Shown in pieces: positions 43,740 to 54,104 of a DNA stretch of 64,000 bases (position 1 is its first letter; each line of letters starts with the position of its first letter). The notes beneath the pieces were generated by a model. That model was not told where the DNA came from. It saw only the letters and a program-made list of their open reading frames with translations, and searched no databases. This DNA is from Escherichia phage vB_Eco_NR1: sequence record LR990704; one strand, given 5' to 3'. The position numbers and the translations under genes are program-made.

Positions 43740-43982
43740 TTAAACAGACTTTTTCACAATTTTCCAATCGGCTTTAAACTGCTCGACGTCAGAATGGTAA
43801 ATCCAAAATCCTGCGCTTTCACCGTCTTCATAAAGCGGACACCCATCACATTCATCTTCCCATCCCATGCCACGTAAAAGGTGTTCAGCTTTTTCAACAA
43901 GTTCAGAATCTTTACCGATGATATTAAAATACCATTTACCTCTAACTTCCGAATCTTTGATGCTCTGACGTTGTAATCTCAT
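43740..43982 (-). CDS. hypothetical protein, about 80 aa (frd.2-like)
   Basis: ATG with AAGGAG SD at 43982; the provided ORF extends to an upstream TTG at 44039. Confidence 0.6.
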   Translation of the reverse strand: MRLQRQSIKDSEVRGKWYFNIIGKDSELVEKAEHLLRGMGWEDECDGCPLYEDGESAGFWIYHSDVEQFKADWKIVKKSV

Positions 43983-44009
43983 TTTATTCTCCTTAGTTGA
44001 TAAGGCTAT

Positions 44010-44037
44010 AGTATCATTACCATAGCCCGTTGTAAAC
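44010..44037 (-). promoter_or_regulatory. sigma70-type early promoter upstream of the frd.2-like ORF, with 6 bp inverted repeat
   Basis: Minus strand GTTTACA, 17 nt, TACTAT; inverted repeat GGCTAT / ATAGCC at about 44004..44027. Confidence 0.45.
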
Positions 44038-44039
44038 AA

Positions 44040-44342
44040 TTATTTTTGAATTTTATCGAGCCACTTACCAAGCTTAATCATTTCTTTAGTAGCCTTTTCC
44101 ATACTTCTGAACTTGACCAATAGAGGATAGGTATCGACACCCATAACTAAACTGGTTACAAGACTGTGTTCACCCACAAGCCATAACGAATACGTTTGAA
44201 TATCGAGCCCGTAATTTCTGTCTTTATGGACCCGTACACCCATCACTTCAAATTTCTCACTAGCTTTTTCTACCGCATCCAGGAAATCATCTTTAGTCAT
44301 ATTAGGCCTTAAAAGTTTTTCGCAAAAGTTCAATGATTTCAT
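44040..44342 (-). CDS. hypothetical protein, 100 aa
   Basis: ORF. Confidence 0.6.
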   Translation of the reverse strand: MKSLNFCEKLLRPNMTKDDFLDAVEKASEKFEVMGVRVHKDRNYGLDIQTYSLWLVGEHSLVTSLVMGVDTYPLLVKFRSMEKATKEMIKLGKWLDKIQK

Positions 44343-44682
44343 CTACATTGTTTTCATCTACAATGCAGTGAATTTTTGTTACGCCAGAAACCTTGTCTTT
44401 GACTTCATCTTCTTCAGAAGTCGGTTCTTTATACTCACGAAAACAATGAAATTCATCTTCGCAAATTTCTAAAAGTCTATCTTTGAGGTAAAAATGCTTT
44501 CCATTTGCGCATTCAATGTGTTTTACTGCTTTATATCCATTAGCGACGGAAACTTCTTTAACTTCAAACCATCCGCCATTATCTCGAATAGCTTTAACGA
44601 TTGATGAATTAGAACGTGGGCTATAATTAATAAATGTATCAATAAGTCTTGGAACAAGTTCATACTTTTTACCGGTATACAT
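44302..44682 (-). CDS. hypothetical protein, 126 aa (frd.3-like)
   Basis: ORF with SD upstream. Confidence 0.65.
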   Translation of the reverse strand: MYTGKKYELVPRLIDTFINYSPRSNSSIVKAIRDNGGWFEVKEVSVANGYKAVKHIECANGKHFYLKDRLLEICEDEFHCFREYKEPTSEEDEVKDKVSGVTKIHCIVDENNVDEIIELLRKTFKA

Positions 44683-44726
44683 TACGGTTTCCTCATTTTA
44701 ATAGGGGCTTGATAGCCCCTTGATAA

Positions 44727-44957
44727 TTATTGTTCAATCAGTCCCATGTAAAATTCTGCGTCTTCAGAATCCATGCCATCACAATATTCATTAGCCATAA
44801 AGCGGGTAAGGTCTTCAAGAGGACCTTCAATGACAATAGAAAAATTGCAATAATTGGGATCATCGTGAATACTTGTGATACTAAGTTCAGGATAACGATT
44901 ACGAATAATTTCTTCGATATATTCAAAATCAACGATGTCAATATCAACTTTAGCCAT
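44727..44957 (-). CDS. hypothetical acidic protein, 76 aa
   Basis: Internal ATG with GAGGA SD ([11 protein letters not shown]..); the provided ORF extends upstream across the gene 32 terminator. Confidence 0.55.
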   Translation of the reverse strand: MAKVDIDIVDFEYIEEIIRNRYPELSITSIHDDPNYCNFSIVIEGPLEDLTRFMANEYCDGMDSEDAEFYMGLIEQ

Positions 44958-45051
44958 ATTATTTTCCTCTTTAATCATCAGCAGTATTGCCGATAGTTGT
45001 ATAGTACCATAGAAGGACAAGGATGTAAACCATTTTGTGAAAAAATTTTTG

Positions 45052-45081
45052 AAATAAAAAAAGGGGACCCTAGAGGTCCCC
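45052..45081 (-). terminator. intrinsic terminator after gene 32
   Basis: GGGGACC-UCUAG-GGUCCCC stem-loop followed by UUUUUUUAUUU on the minus strand. Confidence 0.85.
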
Positions 45082-45103
45082 AATTAATTAGTAATATAAT
45101 CTA

Positions 45104-46012
45104 TTAAAGGTCATTCAAAAGGTCATCCAGGTCCGTGTCATCAGCACTAGATGAACTGCCAGAGCTTGAGCTCATAAAATCATCTTCAGTTTTTGTATTG
45201 AAGTCATCAACATTGAATGCATCCAAATCATCAGCAACTTTATCAGCTTTCTTAGCGGCAGTTGCAGCGGCACCGCCCATCACAGCAGTTCCCATAACTT
45301 GACCGAATTTAGTGCTCAGTTCTTCAAATGATTTGAATTTATCTTTAGAAGTCATTTCAGAAAGGTCAACCATTTGTTCGAACAGTTCTTTCTGGAAAGA
45401 TTCATCGTCAATGTTTGGAATCGCAGATTGATTCAGGAATTTAGATTCATCGTAGTTACTAAATCCAGAAACCTGTTTAACTTTCAGTACAAAGTTAGCA
45501 CCTTCCCACGGACAAGTTACATCAACCGGAGTTTCACCCATTTCAACATCAACCGCAATCATCGCGTTGATTTTATCCCAGATTTTCTTACCGAAACGAT
45601 ATTTAAATACTTTACCTTCATTTTCTGGAGCAGCTGGGTCTTTTACAACAAGGATATTAGCCCAGTAAGAAGTTTTACGTTTAACAAGACTGTACTCTTT
45701 ATTGTCAGTGTTGTACAGATCATTTTTACTGATGTATTGACATACTGGGCAAGAATCGTAATCACCGTGGGTAGATGAACAATTTTCGATATACCATTTA
45801 CCATTTTTCTTGAAACCGTGATTTACAAGAATTGCGAATGGTGCTTGTTCATCATTTTTAGACGGAAGAAAACGAATTACTGCTTGACCGTTACCCGCAT
45901 TGTCGAGTTTCAGTTTCCACTCGCCTTTATCTTCAGAAGAAAAACCACCTTTATTTCCAGCCAGTTTAGCCATTTGTGCAGCGAGTTCAGCAGTAGATTT
46001 ACGTTTAAACAT
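45104..46012 (-). CDS. 32: single-stranded DNA-binding protein gp32
   Basis: 302 aa; [23 protein letters not shown].. and acidic C-terminal tail; autoregulatory leader upstream. Confidence 0.97.
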   Translation of the reverse strand: MFKRKSTAELAAQMAKLAGNKGGFSSEDKGEWKLKLDNAGNGQAVIRFLPSKNDEQAPFAILVNHGFKKNGKWYIENCSSTHGDYDSCPVCQYISKNDLYNTDNKEYSLVKRKTSYWANILVVKDPAAPENEGKVFKYRFGKKIWDKINAMIAVDVEMGETPVDVTCPWEGANFVLKVKQVSGFSNYDESKFLNQSAIPNIDDESFQKELFEQMVDLSEMTSKDKFKSFEELSTKFGQVMGTAVMGGAAATAAKKADKVADDLDAFNVDDFNTKTEDDFMSSSSGSSSSADDTDLDDLLNDL

Positions 46013-46080
46013 TTTTATTTCCTTTTTAATTTAATTAACAGTTGGTGCTATGACGATGTATGACCTCATAGCTGGTCAGT
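46013..46080 (-). promoter_or_regulatory. gene 32 autoregulatory leader (dyad with pseudoknot potential plus A/U-rich tract)
   Basis: mRNA-sense GCUAUGAGGUCAUACAUCGUCAUAGC dyad followed by UUAAAUUAAAAAGGAAAUAAAA directly before the ATG. Confidence 0.7.
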
Positions 46081-46095
46081 GAGATAATTATAATC

Positions 46096-46103
46096 TATTT
46101 ATA
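46096..46103 (-). promoter_or_regulatory. late promoter (minus strand) for gene 32
   Basis: Reverse-complement TATAAATA about 85 nt upstream of the gene 32 ATG. Confidence 0.6.
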
Positions 46104-46111
46104 ATAAGCAA

Positions 46112-46765
46112 TTAATATTTGCAAGATTTCACAGTTTCAATAAAAACACTTTTAGCTTTCTGTGAATCAATATTTAAAATTTTTCTATAAGCCTTTAACT
46201 TTATAGAATAATTATTCCAGACTAAATTATCAGTCTGTTCATCATGTTTATCAATTATATTTAAAAATGAATCAAGCAAGATAAACGTCTCAAACGAAAT
46301 TATATTCGATTGAAGTAGTTTAAAAATATAACTTGATTGAACTTTTGGATTATACTCAAAGATTTCTTTAAAAGCAGAAACTTCAACTTTTTTACTAAAA
46401 TAATAGATATTCCTAATATCTTCTTCAAATTTAAATTTAACTTGCTTTAAGCGACCGATATATTCACGATAAAACACAAGTGCATCAGCGTCAGAGATAT
46501 CACCAATCCAAGCATCTTGGTTAGCAACCAAATTGCTTATAAAGATTAAAGCAAGTTCCTTTAATTTATATTTTTCTGATAACTTCTGGAAAAAATACTT
46601 ATCCCTTCGCTTTTGATAAGCAGCATCAGACACCCGCATGCACCAATTATACTTAATAACATCATACTTTCCATTCATATGCTGTTTTATCATTAAGTAT
46701 AATTTATAAACTGATTTACCATCAATGTATCTTTCACCACCAGCAGGCATGCGGAGTTTAATCAT
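46112..46765 (-). CDS. 59: helicase loader gp59
   Basis: 217 aa; MIKLRMPAGGERYIDGKSVYKLY.. Confidence 0.93.
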   Translation of the reverse strand: MIKLRMPAGGERYIDGKSVYKLYLMIKQHMNGKYDVIKYNWCMRVSDAAYQKRRDKYFFQKLSEKYKLKELALIFISNLVANQDAWIGDISDADALVFYREYIGRLKQVKFKFEEDIRNIYYFSKKVEVSAFKEIFEYNPKVQSSYIFKLLQSNIISFETFILLDSFLNIIDKHDEQTDNLVWNNYSIKLKAYRKILNIDSQKAKSVFIETVKSCKY

Positions 46766-47100
46766 AGCAGAAAATCTAATGTATTAGTTTTTTCACAACG
46801 AACAACAGAAGGACGTAAAAGATTTTCGTCAATAGCTTCTGACTGAATTTTTTCAATTATACCCGAAGGAATAAATTTAGCAAATTGAGTTTCAGGAATA
46901 GAATTTTCTTCCAAGAATGCTGTTGTAGCTTCAAGATAACTCATTCCAAACTCTTCTACCATTTTTTCAATAATAAATCCGTTTTCTTGACGATCAAGAA
47001 GCTTTGCTATTTCATCCTTTTCTTTCTTGATTGAAAGTTCTTTTTCTGAAAGACCGGTCTCATCGACCGGACGAATATCATTTAGAGAAAACTGTGTCAT
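46762..47100 (-). CDS. 33: late transcription co-activator gp33
   Basis: 112 aa from MTQFSLNDIRPV.. Confidence 0.88.
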   Translation of the reverse strand: MTQFSLNDIRPVDETGLSEKELSIKKEKDEIAKLLDRQENGFIIEKMVEEFGMSYLEATTAFLEENSIPETQFAKFIPSGIIEKIQSEAIDENLLRPSVVRCEKTNTLDFLL

Positions 47101-47347
47101 AAAGTTCAACTACCTCTTCAGTTTCAGCTTCAAACACATCACGGTTATCTTTATGATACAAAGCTAATAGACGATTAAACATCTTACCATCAACGCCAAG
47201 TTCATCTTTGGCACGAATTCGAATATCTTTAATCAGTTCATTATAACCGGAAATTTTCAGTTTATGATCAGATGCTTCTTTAATAAATTTAGCCAAGTCT
47301 TCGCCATGGATAGCTTCATCAAATTCAACCATTTCTTTTTTAGCCAT
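47078..47347 (-). CDS. dsbA: dsDNA-binding protein DsbA
   Basis: 89 aa. Confidence 0.85.
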   Translation of the reverse strand: MAKKEMVEFDEAIHGEDLAKFIKEASDHKLKISGYNELIKDIRIRAKDELGVDGKMFNRLLALYHKDNRDVFEAETEEVVELYDTVFSK

Positions 47348-47355
47348 TATTCACC

Positions 47356-48273
47356 TCAAAATTCATTAATGCTATTAGTTAATTTAGAAAGACCCGCTTT
47401 TACAAAATATGAATAAATTTTGCCACGCGGTGGTAATTTATATGAATTATAGTAATTCACAATGTTTGAAGCAATATTATCAGGAATATAATCAAAATCA
47501 ATTAGAACTAAATTTTCTTTATAACGATTATATTCAGATTCAGTGAGAAGCACTTTAGCTTGCTCACGGTCATTAGCAATAGCTTCAACGATTGAAGTTT
47601 TCATTGAAGGAGTTCGTTCACCTTCAACTCTGGTAAACCAAAAGTCAGATCGTACTTTAACTGAAGCAACGTTGTCCTTTTTGTCGCCTTTAAGGATTTT
47701 AGTCATACAGTCAATTTCAGCAGAACCGCTTTTAATTTTAACCCATTTCTTATGCATCGGTGACCATTGCTTAACATTTGGGTATTTATGAAGCTGTGTA
47801 AAGTCACCATCCGATGAAATGATTAAAATCTTGTGTCCTTCTAAAGAGAACTTTTTAACAAGAACAGCAATGTGGTCATCTGCTTCATACTTATCAATAT
47901 CCATAACAATGTATGGCATATAAGCTTTCAATTCATCTATAACTTTATGACTGGATTCAAAATAACCTTCCCAGTCCCAAGTCGATTCTTCTCGTGCTTT
48001 TCCACGGTTTTTCTTATAATAATAAGCGAAATCACGACGCCAGTATCCAGATTTCGCGTTATCAATACACAGTACAATTTTAGTGTATCCAAGCGTTTTT
48101 GCTTTTTTGACATTAAACTTAATTGAGTTCAATATCAAATGACGAACCATTGATAAATTAATTTTTTCTTTATCTGGGAAGTTTACCAGAGCAGTTGAAA
48201 GCGCAATTTGACTAAAGTCAATAAAGCAAATTCCTTCTTTGTAATCTTCATCCAGCATCATTTCTAAATCCAT
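47356..48273 (-). CDS. rnh: RNase H (5'-3' exonuclease / flap endonuclease)
   Basis: 305 aa from MDLEMMLDEDYKEGI.. Confidence 0.93.
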   Translation of the reverse strand: MDLEMMLDEDYKEGICFIDFSQIALSTALVNFPDKEKINLSMVRHLILNSIKFNVKKAKTLGYTKIVLCIDNAKSGYWRRDFAYYYKKNRGKAREESTWDWEGYFESSHKVIDELKAYMPYIVMDIDKYEADDHIAVLVKKFSLEGHKILIISSDGDFTQLHKYPNVKQWSPMHKKWVKIKSGSAEIDCMTKILKGDKKDNVASVKVRSDFWFTRVEGERTPSMKTSIVEAIANDREQAKVLLTESEYNRYKENLVLIDFDYIPDNIASNIVNYYNSYKLPPRGKIYSYFVKAGLSKLTNSINEF

Positions 48274-48335
48274 ATGAACCTCGTTCAATTAGTGAGATTT
48301 CTATTATATACCATCCGAATCTTAAAGTAAACAAG

Positions 48336-48343
48336 TATAAATA
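48336..48343 (+). promoter_or_regulatory. late promoter (TATAAATA) for gene 34
   Basis: Exact TATAAATA about 35 nt upstream of the gene 34 ATG. Confidence 0.7.
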
Positions 48344-48377
48344 CTTATTATTGAAAACACAATAGGAGCCCGGGAGA

Positions 48378-51300
48378 ATGGCCGAGATTAAAAGAAAGTT
48401 CAGAGCAGAAGACGGTCTGGACGCAGGTGGCGATAAAATAATCAACGTAGCTTTAGCTGATCGTACCGTAGGAACTGACGGTGTTAACGTTGATTACTTA
48501 ATTCAAGAAAACACAGTTCAACAATACGATCCAACTCGTGGATATTTAAAAGATTTTGTAATCATTTATGATAACCGCTTTTGGGCTGCTATAAATGATA
48601 TTCCAAAACCAGCAGGAGCTTTTAATAGCGGACGCTGGAGAGCATTACGTACCGATGCTAACTGGATTACGGTTTCATCTGGTTCATATCAATTAAAATC
48701 CGGTGAAGCTATTTCGGTTAACACTGCAGCTGGAAATGACATCACGTTTACTTTACCATCTACTCCAATTGATGGTGATACTATCGTTCTCCAAGATATT
48801 GGAGGAAAACCTGGAGTTAACCAAGTTTTAATTGTAGCTCCAGTGCAAAGTATTGTAAACTTCAGAGGTCAACAAGTACGTTCAGTACTAATGACTCATC
48901 CAAAATCGCAGATAGTTTTAATTTTTAGTAATCGTCTGTGGCAAATGTATGTTGCTGATTATAGTAGAGAAGCTGTAGTTGTAACACCAGCAAGTCTCTA
49001 TCAGGCGCAATCTAATGATTTTATCGTACGTAGATTTACTTCTGCTGCACCAATTAATGTTAAACTTCCAAGATTTGCTAATCATGGCGATATTATTAAT
49101 TTCGTTGATTTAGATAAACTGAATCCACTTTATCATACAATTGTTACTACATACGATGAAACGACTTCAGTACAAGAAGTTGGAACTCATTCCATTGAAG
49201 GCCGTACATCAATTGACGGTTTCTTGATGTTTGATGATAATGAGAAATTGTGGAGATTGTTTGACGGGGATAGTAAAGCACGTTTACGCATTATAACGAC
49301 TAATTCTAATATTCGTCCAAACGAAGAAGTCATGGTATTTGGTGCGAATAACGGAACAACTCAAACAATTGAGCTTCAGCTTCCAACTAATATTTCTGTT
49401 GGTGATACTGTTAAAATTTCCATGAATTACATGAGAAAAGGACAAACAGTTAAAATCAAAGCTGCGGGCGAAGATAAAATTGCTTCTTCAGTTCAATTAC
49501 TGCAATTCCCAAAACGCTCAGAATATCCACCTGAAGCTGAATGGGTTACAGTTCAAGAATTAGTTTTTAACGGTGAAACTAATTATGTTCCAGTTTTACA
49601 ACTTGCTTATATAGAAGATTCTGATGGAAAATACTGGGTTGTACAGCAAAACGTTCCAACTGTAGAAAGAGTTGATTCTTTAAATGATTCTACTAGAGCA
49701 AGATTAGGCGTAATTGCTTTAGCTACACAAGCTCAAGCTAATGCCGATTTAGAAAATTCTCCACAAAAAGAATTAGCAATTACTCCAGAAACATTAGCTA
49801 ACCGTACTGCTACTGAAACTCGCAGAGGTATTGCAAGAATAGCAACTACTGCTCAAGTGAATCAGAACACCACATTCTCTTTTGCAGATGACCTTATCAT
49901 TACTCCTAAAAAGCTGAATGAAAGAACTGCTACAGAAACTCGCAGAGGTGTTGCTGAAATTGCTACGCAGCAAGAAACTAATGCAGGAACCGATGATACT
50001 ACAATCATCACTCCTAAAAAGCTTCAAGCTCGCCAAGGTTCTGAATCATTATCTGGTATTGTAACTTTTGTATCTACTGCAGGTGCTACTCCAGCTTCTA
50101 GTCGTGAATTAAATGGTACGAATGTTTATAATAAAAACACTAATAATTTAGTTGTTTCACCTAAAGCTTTGGATCAGTATAAAGCTACTCCAACACAGCA
50201 AGGTGCAGTAATTTTAGCAGTTGAAAGTGAAGTAATTGCTGGACAAAGCCAAGAAGGATGGGCAAATGCGGTTGTAACGCCAGAAACGTTACATAAAAAG
50301 ACATCAACTGATGCAAGAATTGGTTTAATTGAAATTGCTACGCAAAGTGAAGTTAATACAGGAACTGATTATACTCGTGCAGTCACTCCTAAAACTTTAA
50401 ATGACCGTAGAGCAACTGAAAGTTTAAGTGGTATAGCTGAAATTGCTACACAAGTTGAATTCGACGCAGGCGTCGACGATACTCGTATCTCTACACCATT
50501 AAAAATTAAAACCAGATTTAATAGTACTGATCGTACTTCTGTTGTTGCTCTATCTGGATTAGTTGAATCAGGAACTCTCTGGGACCATTATACCCTTAAT
50601 ATTCTTGAAGCAAATGAGACACAGCGTGGTACACTTCGTGTAGCTACACAGGTCGAAGCTGCTGCAGGAACATTAGATAATGTTTTAATAACTCCTAAAA
50701 AGCTTTTAGGTACTAAATCTACCGAATCGCAAGAAGGTGTTATTAAAGTTGCAACTCAGTCTGAAACTGTGGCTGGAACGTCAGCAAATACTGCTGTATC
50801 TCCAAAAAATTTAAAATGGATTGCGCAGAGTGAACCTACCTGGGCAGCTACTACTGCGATAAGAGGTTTTGTTAAAACTTCATCTGGTTCAATTACATTC
50901 GTTGGTAATGATACAGTCGGTTCTACCCAAGATTTAGAACTGTATGAGAAAAATAGCTATGCAGTATCACCATATGAATTAAACCGTGTATTAGCAAATT
51001 ATTTGCCGTTAAAAGCAAAAGCTGCTGATACAAATTTATTGGATGGTCTAGATTCATCTCAGTTCATTCGTAGGGATATTGCACAGACAGTTAATGGTTC
51101 ACTAACCTTAACTCAACAAACGAATCTGAGTGCCCCTCTTGTATCATCTAGTACTGCTACGTTTGGCGGATCAGTTTCGGCAAACAGCACATTAACTATT
51201 TCTAATACTGGAACGGCAACTCGTCTGATTTTTGAGAAAGGACCTCAAACTGGAACTAACCCAGCGCAGACGATGACTATCAGAGTTTGGGGAAATCAGT

Positions 51301-52247
51301 TTGGTGGCGGTTCAGATACAATGCGTTCTACTGTATTTGAAGTTGGTGATGAAACGTCTAATCACTTTTATTCTCAACGCAATAAAGCTGGGAATATAAC
51401 GTTTAGTATCAATGGTACTGTAATGCCAATAAATGTTAATGCTTCGGGTTCTTTGAATGCGAACGGCGTTGCAACATTTGGTAGTTCAGTTACTGCTAAT
51501 GGTGAATTCATCAGCAAGTCTGCAAATGCTTTCAGAGCAATAAATGGCGACTATGGATTCTTTATTCGCAATGATGCTGCTAACACCTATTTTATGCTTA
51601 CTGCATCGGGTGATCAGACTGGCGGATTTAATGGATTACGTCCTTTAGCTATTAATAATGCATCTGGTCAAGTAACGATTGGTGAAAGCTTAATCATTGC
51701 CAAAGGTGCTACTATAAATTCAGGTGGTTTAACTGTTAACTCGAGAATTCGTTCTCAGGGCACTAAAACATCTGACTTATATACCCGTGCGCCAACGTCT
51801 GATACTGTAGGATTCTGGTCAATCGATATTAATGATTCAGCTACTTATAACCAGTTCCCAGGTTATTTTAAAATGGTTGAAAAAACTAATGAAGTGACTG
51901 GGCTTCCATACTTAGAACGTGGCGAAGAAGTTAAATCTCCTGGTACATTGACTCAGTTTGGTAACACACTTGATTCGCTTTACCAAGATTGGATTACTTA
52001 TCCAACGACTCCAGAAGCACGTACCACTCGCTGGACACGTACATGGCAGAAAACCAAAAACTCTTGGTCAAGTTTTGTTCAGGTATTTGACGGAGGTAAC
52101 CCTCCTCAGCCGTCTGATATCGGTGCTTTACCATCTGATAATGCTACAATGGGGAATCTTACTATTCGTGATTTCTTACGAATTGGTAATGTTCGCATTA
52201 TTCCTGACCCAGTGAATAAAACGGTTAAATTTGAATGGGTTGAATAA
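48378..52247 (+). CDS. 34: long tail fibre proximal subunit gp34
   Basis: 1289 aa; late promoter upstream; internal tandem repeats. Confidence 0.95.
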   Translation: MAEIKRKFRAEDGLDAGGDKIINVALADRTVGTDGVNVDYLIQENTVQQYDPTRGYLKDFVIIYDNRFWAAINDIPKPAGAFNSGRWRALRTDANWITVSSGSYQLKSGEAISVNTAAGNDITFTLPSTPIDGDTIVLQDIGGKPGVNQVLIVAPVQSIVNFRGQQVRSVLMTHPKSQIVLIFSNRLWQMYVADYSREAVVVTPASLYQAQSNDFIVRRFTSAAPINVKLPRFANHGDIINFVDLDKLNPLYHTIVTTYDETTSVQEVGTHSIEGRTSIDGFLMFDDNEKLWRLFDGDSKARLRIITTNSNIRPNEEVMVFGANNGTTQTIELQLPTNISVGDTVKISMNYMRKGQTVKIKAAGEDKIASSVQLLQFPKRSEYPPEAEWVTVQELVFNGETNYVPVLQLAYIEDSDGKYWVVQQNVPTVERVDSLNDSTRARLGVIALATQAQANADLENSPQKELAITPETLANRTATETRRGIARIATTAQVNQNTTFSFADDLIITPKKLNERTATETRRGVAEIATQQETNAGTDDTTIITPKKLQARQGSESLSGIVTFVSTAGATPASSRELNGTNVYNKNTNNLVVSPKALDQYKATPTQQGAVILAVESEVIAGQSQEGWANAVVTPETLHKKTSTDARIGLIEIATQSEVNTGTDYTRAVTPKTLNDRRATESLSGIAEIATQVEFDAGVDDTRISTPLKIKTRFNSTDRTSVVALSGLVESGTLWDHYTLNILEANETQRGTLRVATQVEAAAGTLDNVLITPKKLLGTKSTESQEGVIKVATQSETVAGTSANTAVSPKNLKWIAQSEPTWAATTAIRGFVKTSSGSITFVGNDTVGSTQDLELYEKNSYAVSPYELNRVLANYLPLKAKAADTNLLDGLDSSQFIRRDIAQTVNGSLTLTQQTNLSAPLVSSSTATFGGSVSANSTLTISNTGTATRLIFEKGPQTGTNPAQTMTIRVWGNQFGGGSDTMRSTVFEVGDETSNHFYSQRNKAGNITFSINGTVMPINVNASGSLNANGVATFGSSVTANGEFISKSANAFRAINGDYGFFIRNDAANTYFMLTASGDQTGGFNGLRPLAINNASGQVTIGESLIIAKGATINSGGLTVNSRIRSQGTKTSDLYTRAPTSDTVGFWSIDINDSATYNQFPGYFKMVEKTNEVTGLPYLERGEEVKSPGTLTQFGNTLDSLYQDWITYPTTPEARTTRWTRTWQKTKNSWSSFVQVFDGGNPPQPSDIGALPSDNATMGNLTIRDFLRIGNVRIIPDPVNKTVKFEWVE
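49698..50898 (+). repeat. about nine degenerate 35 to 40 aa tandem repeats within gp34
   Basis: Recurring ..ITPKKL..R.ATE..RG.A.IATQ.E...GTDDT.. units visible in the translation. Confidence 0.7.
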
Positions 52248-52255
52248 GAGGTATT

Positions 52256-53371
52256 ATGGAAAAATTTATGGCAGAGTTTGGACAAGGATATGTCCAAACG
52301 CCATTTTTATCGGAAAGCAATTCAGTAAGATACAAAATAAGTATAGCGGGTTCTTGCCCGCTTTCTACTGCAGGACCATACGTTAAATTTCAGGATAATC
52401 CTGTAGGAAGTCAAACATTTAGCGCAGGACTTCATTTAAGAGTTTTTGACCCTTCCACCGGAGCATTAGTTGATAGTAAGTCATATGCTTTTTCGACTTC
52501 AAATGATACTACATCAGCTGCTTTTGTTAGCTTCATGAATTCTTTGACAAATAATAGAATTGTTGCTATATTAACTAACGGAAAGGTTAATTTTCCTCCT
52601 GAAGTAGTATCTTGGCTAAGAACTGCAGGAACGTCTGCTTTTCCATCTGATTCTATATTGTCAAGATTCGACGTATCATATGCTGCTTTTTATACTTCTT
52701 CTAAAAGAGCTATCGCATTAGAGCATGTTAAATTAAGTAATAGAAAAAGCACAGATGATTATCAAACTATTTTAGATGTTGTATTTGACAGTTTAGAAGA
52801 CGTTGGAGCTACCGGGTTTCCAAGAAGAACGTATGAAAGCGTTGAGCAATTCATGTCAGCGGTTGGTGGAACTAATAACGAAATTGCGCGATTGCCAACT
52901 TCAGCTGCTATAAGTAAATTATCTGATTATAATTTAATTCCTGGCGATGTTCTTTATCTTAAAGCTCAGTTATATGCTGATGCTGATTTACTTGCGCTTG
53001 GAACTACGAATATATCCATTCGATTTTATAATGCATCAAATGGATATATTTCCTCAACACAGGCTGAATTTACCGGGCAAGCTGGATCTTGGGAATTAAA
53101 GGAAGATTATGTAGTTGTTCCAGAAAACGCTGTAGGATTTACGATATATGCACAAAGAACTGCACAAGCTGGCCAAGGTGGCATGAGAAATTTAAGCTTT
53201 TCTGAAGTATCAAGAAACGGCGGCATTTCAAAACCTGCTGAATTTGGCGTCAATGGTATTCGTGTTAATTATATCTGTGAATCTGCTTCACCTCCGGATA
53301 TAATGGTACTTCCTACACAAGCATCGTCTAAAACTGGTAAAGTGTTTGGGCAAGAATTTAGAGAAGTATAA
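52256..53371 (+). CDS. 35: long tail fibre hinge protein gp35
   Basis: 371 aa. Confidence 0.9.
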   Translation: MEKFMAEFGQGYVQTPFLSESNSVRYKISIAGSCPLSTAGPYVKFQDNPVGSQTFSAGLHLRVFDPSTGALVDSKSYAFSTSNDTTSAAFVSFMNSLTNNRIVAILTNGKVNFPPEVVSWLRTAGTSAFPSDSILSRFDVSYAAFYTSSKRAIALEHVKLSNRKSTDDYQTILDVVFDSLEDVGATGFPRRTYESVEQFMSAVGGTNNEIARLPTSAAISKLSDYNLIPGDVLYLKAQLYADADLLALGTTNISIRFYNASNGYISSTQAEFTGQAGSWELKEDYVVVPENAVGFTIYAQRTAQAGQGGMRNLSFSEVSRNGGISKPAEFGVNGIRVNYICESASPPDIMVLPTQASSKTGKVFGQEFREV

Positions 53372-53376
53372 ATTGA

Positions 53377-53402
53377 GGGAGCCTTCGGGTTCCCTTTTTC
53401 TT
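53377..53402 (+). terminator. intrinsic terminator after gene 35
   Basis: GGGAGCC-TTCG-GGTTCCC imperfect stem-loop followed by TTTTTCTTTAT. Confidence 0.7.
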
Positions 53403-53410
53403 TATAAATA
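53403..53410 (+). promoter_or_regulatory. late promoter (TATAAATA) for gene 36
   Basis: Exact TATAAATA 24 nt upstream of the gene 36 ATG. Confidence 0.7.
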
Positions 53411-53433
53411 CTATTAAAATAAAGGGGCATACA

Positions 53434-54096
53434 ATGGCTGATTTAAAAGTAGGTTCAACAACTGGAGGCTCTGTCATTTGGCATCAAGGAAATTTTCCAT
53501 TGAATCCAGCCGGTGACGATGTACTCTATAAATCATTTAAAATATATTCAGAATATAACAAACCACAAGCTGCAGATAACGATTTCGTTTCTAAAGCTAA
53601 TGGTGGTACTTACGCCGCGACTGTTCGATTTAATGGAGGCGTACATGTTCCTACTATAGGTAGTAGTCAACAGTGTGGTGTTTATCCAGGTAACGGTGAT
53701 GCAGCTACTTTTGCTATGGCAAATATTGACATCGTTTCGTGGAATGGTATTGGTTTTAAATCATCACAAGGTTCAGCAGACCGAACTGTTGTAATTAATG
53801 CACGTAATGGTGATATTAGTACAAAAGGCGTTGTGACAGCAGTAGGTCAAATAAGAAGTAATGCAGTTTCTCCTGTATCAGCAAATGACCTTACTAGAAA
53901 GGACTATGTTGATGGAGCAATAAATACTGTTACAGCAAATGCGAACTCTAGAGTGTTGCGTTCTGGCGACACTATGATAGGTAATTTAACCGCGCCAAAC
54001 TTTTTCTCACAGAATCCTGCATCTCAACCTTCACATGTTCCACGATTTGACCAAATCGTAATTAAGGATTCTGTTCAAGATTTCGGCTATTATTAA
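53434..54096 (+). CDS. 36: long tail fibre distal connector gp36
   Basis: 220 aa; late promoter upstream. Confidence 0.9.
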   Translation: MADLKVGSTTGGSVIWHQGNFPLNPAGDDVLYKSFKIYSEYNKPQAADNDFVSKANGGTYAATVRFNGGVHVPTIGSSQQCGVYPGNGDAATFAMANIDIVSWNGIGFKSSQGSADRTVVINARNGDISTKGVVTAVGQIRSNAVSPVSANDLTRKDYVDGAINTVTANANSRVLRSGDTMIGNLTAPNFFSQNPASQPSHVPRFDQIVIKDSVQDFGYY

Positions 54097-54104
54097 GAGG
54101 ACTT

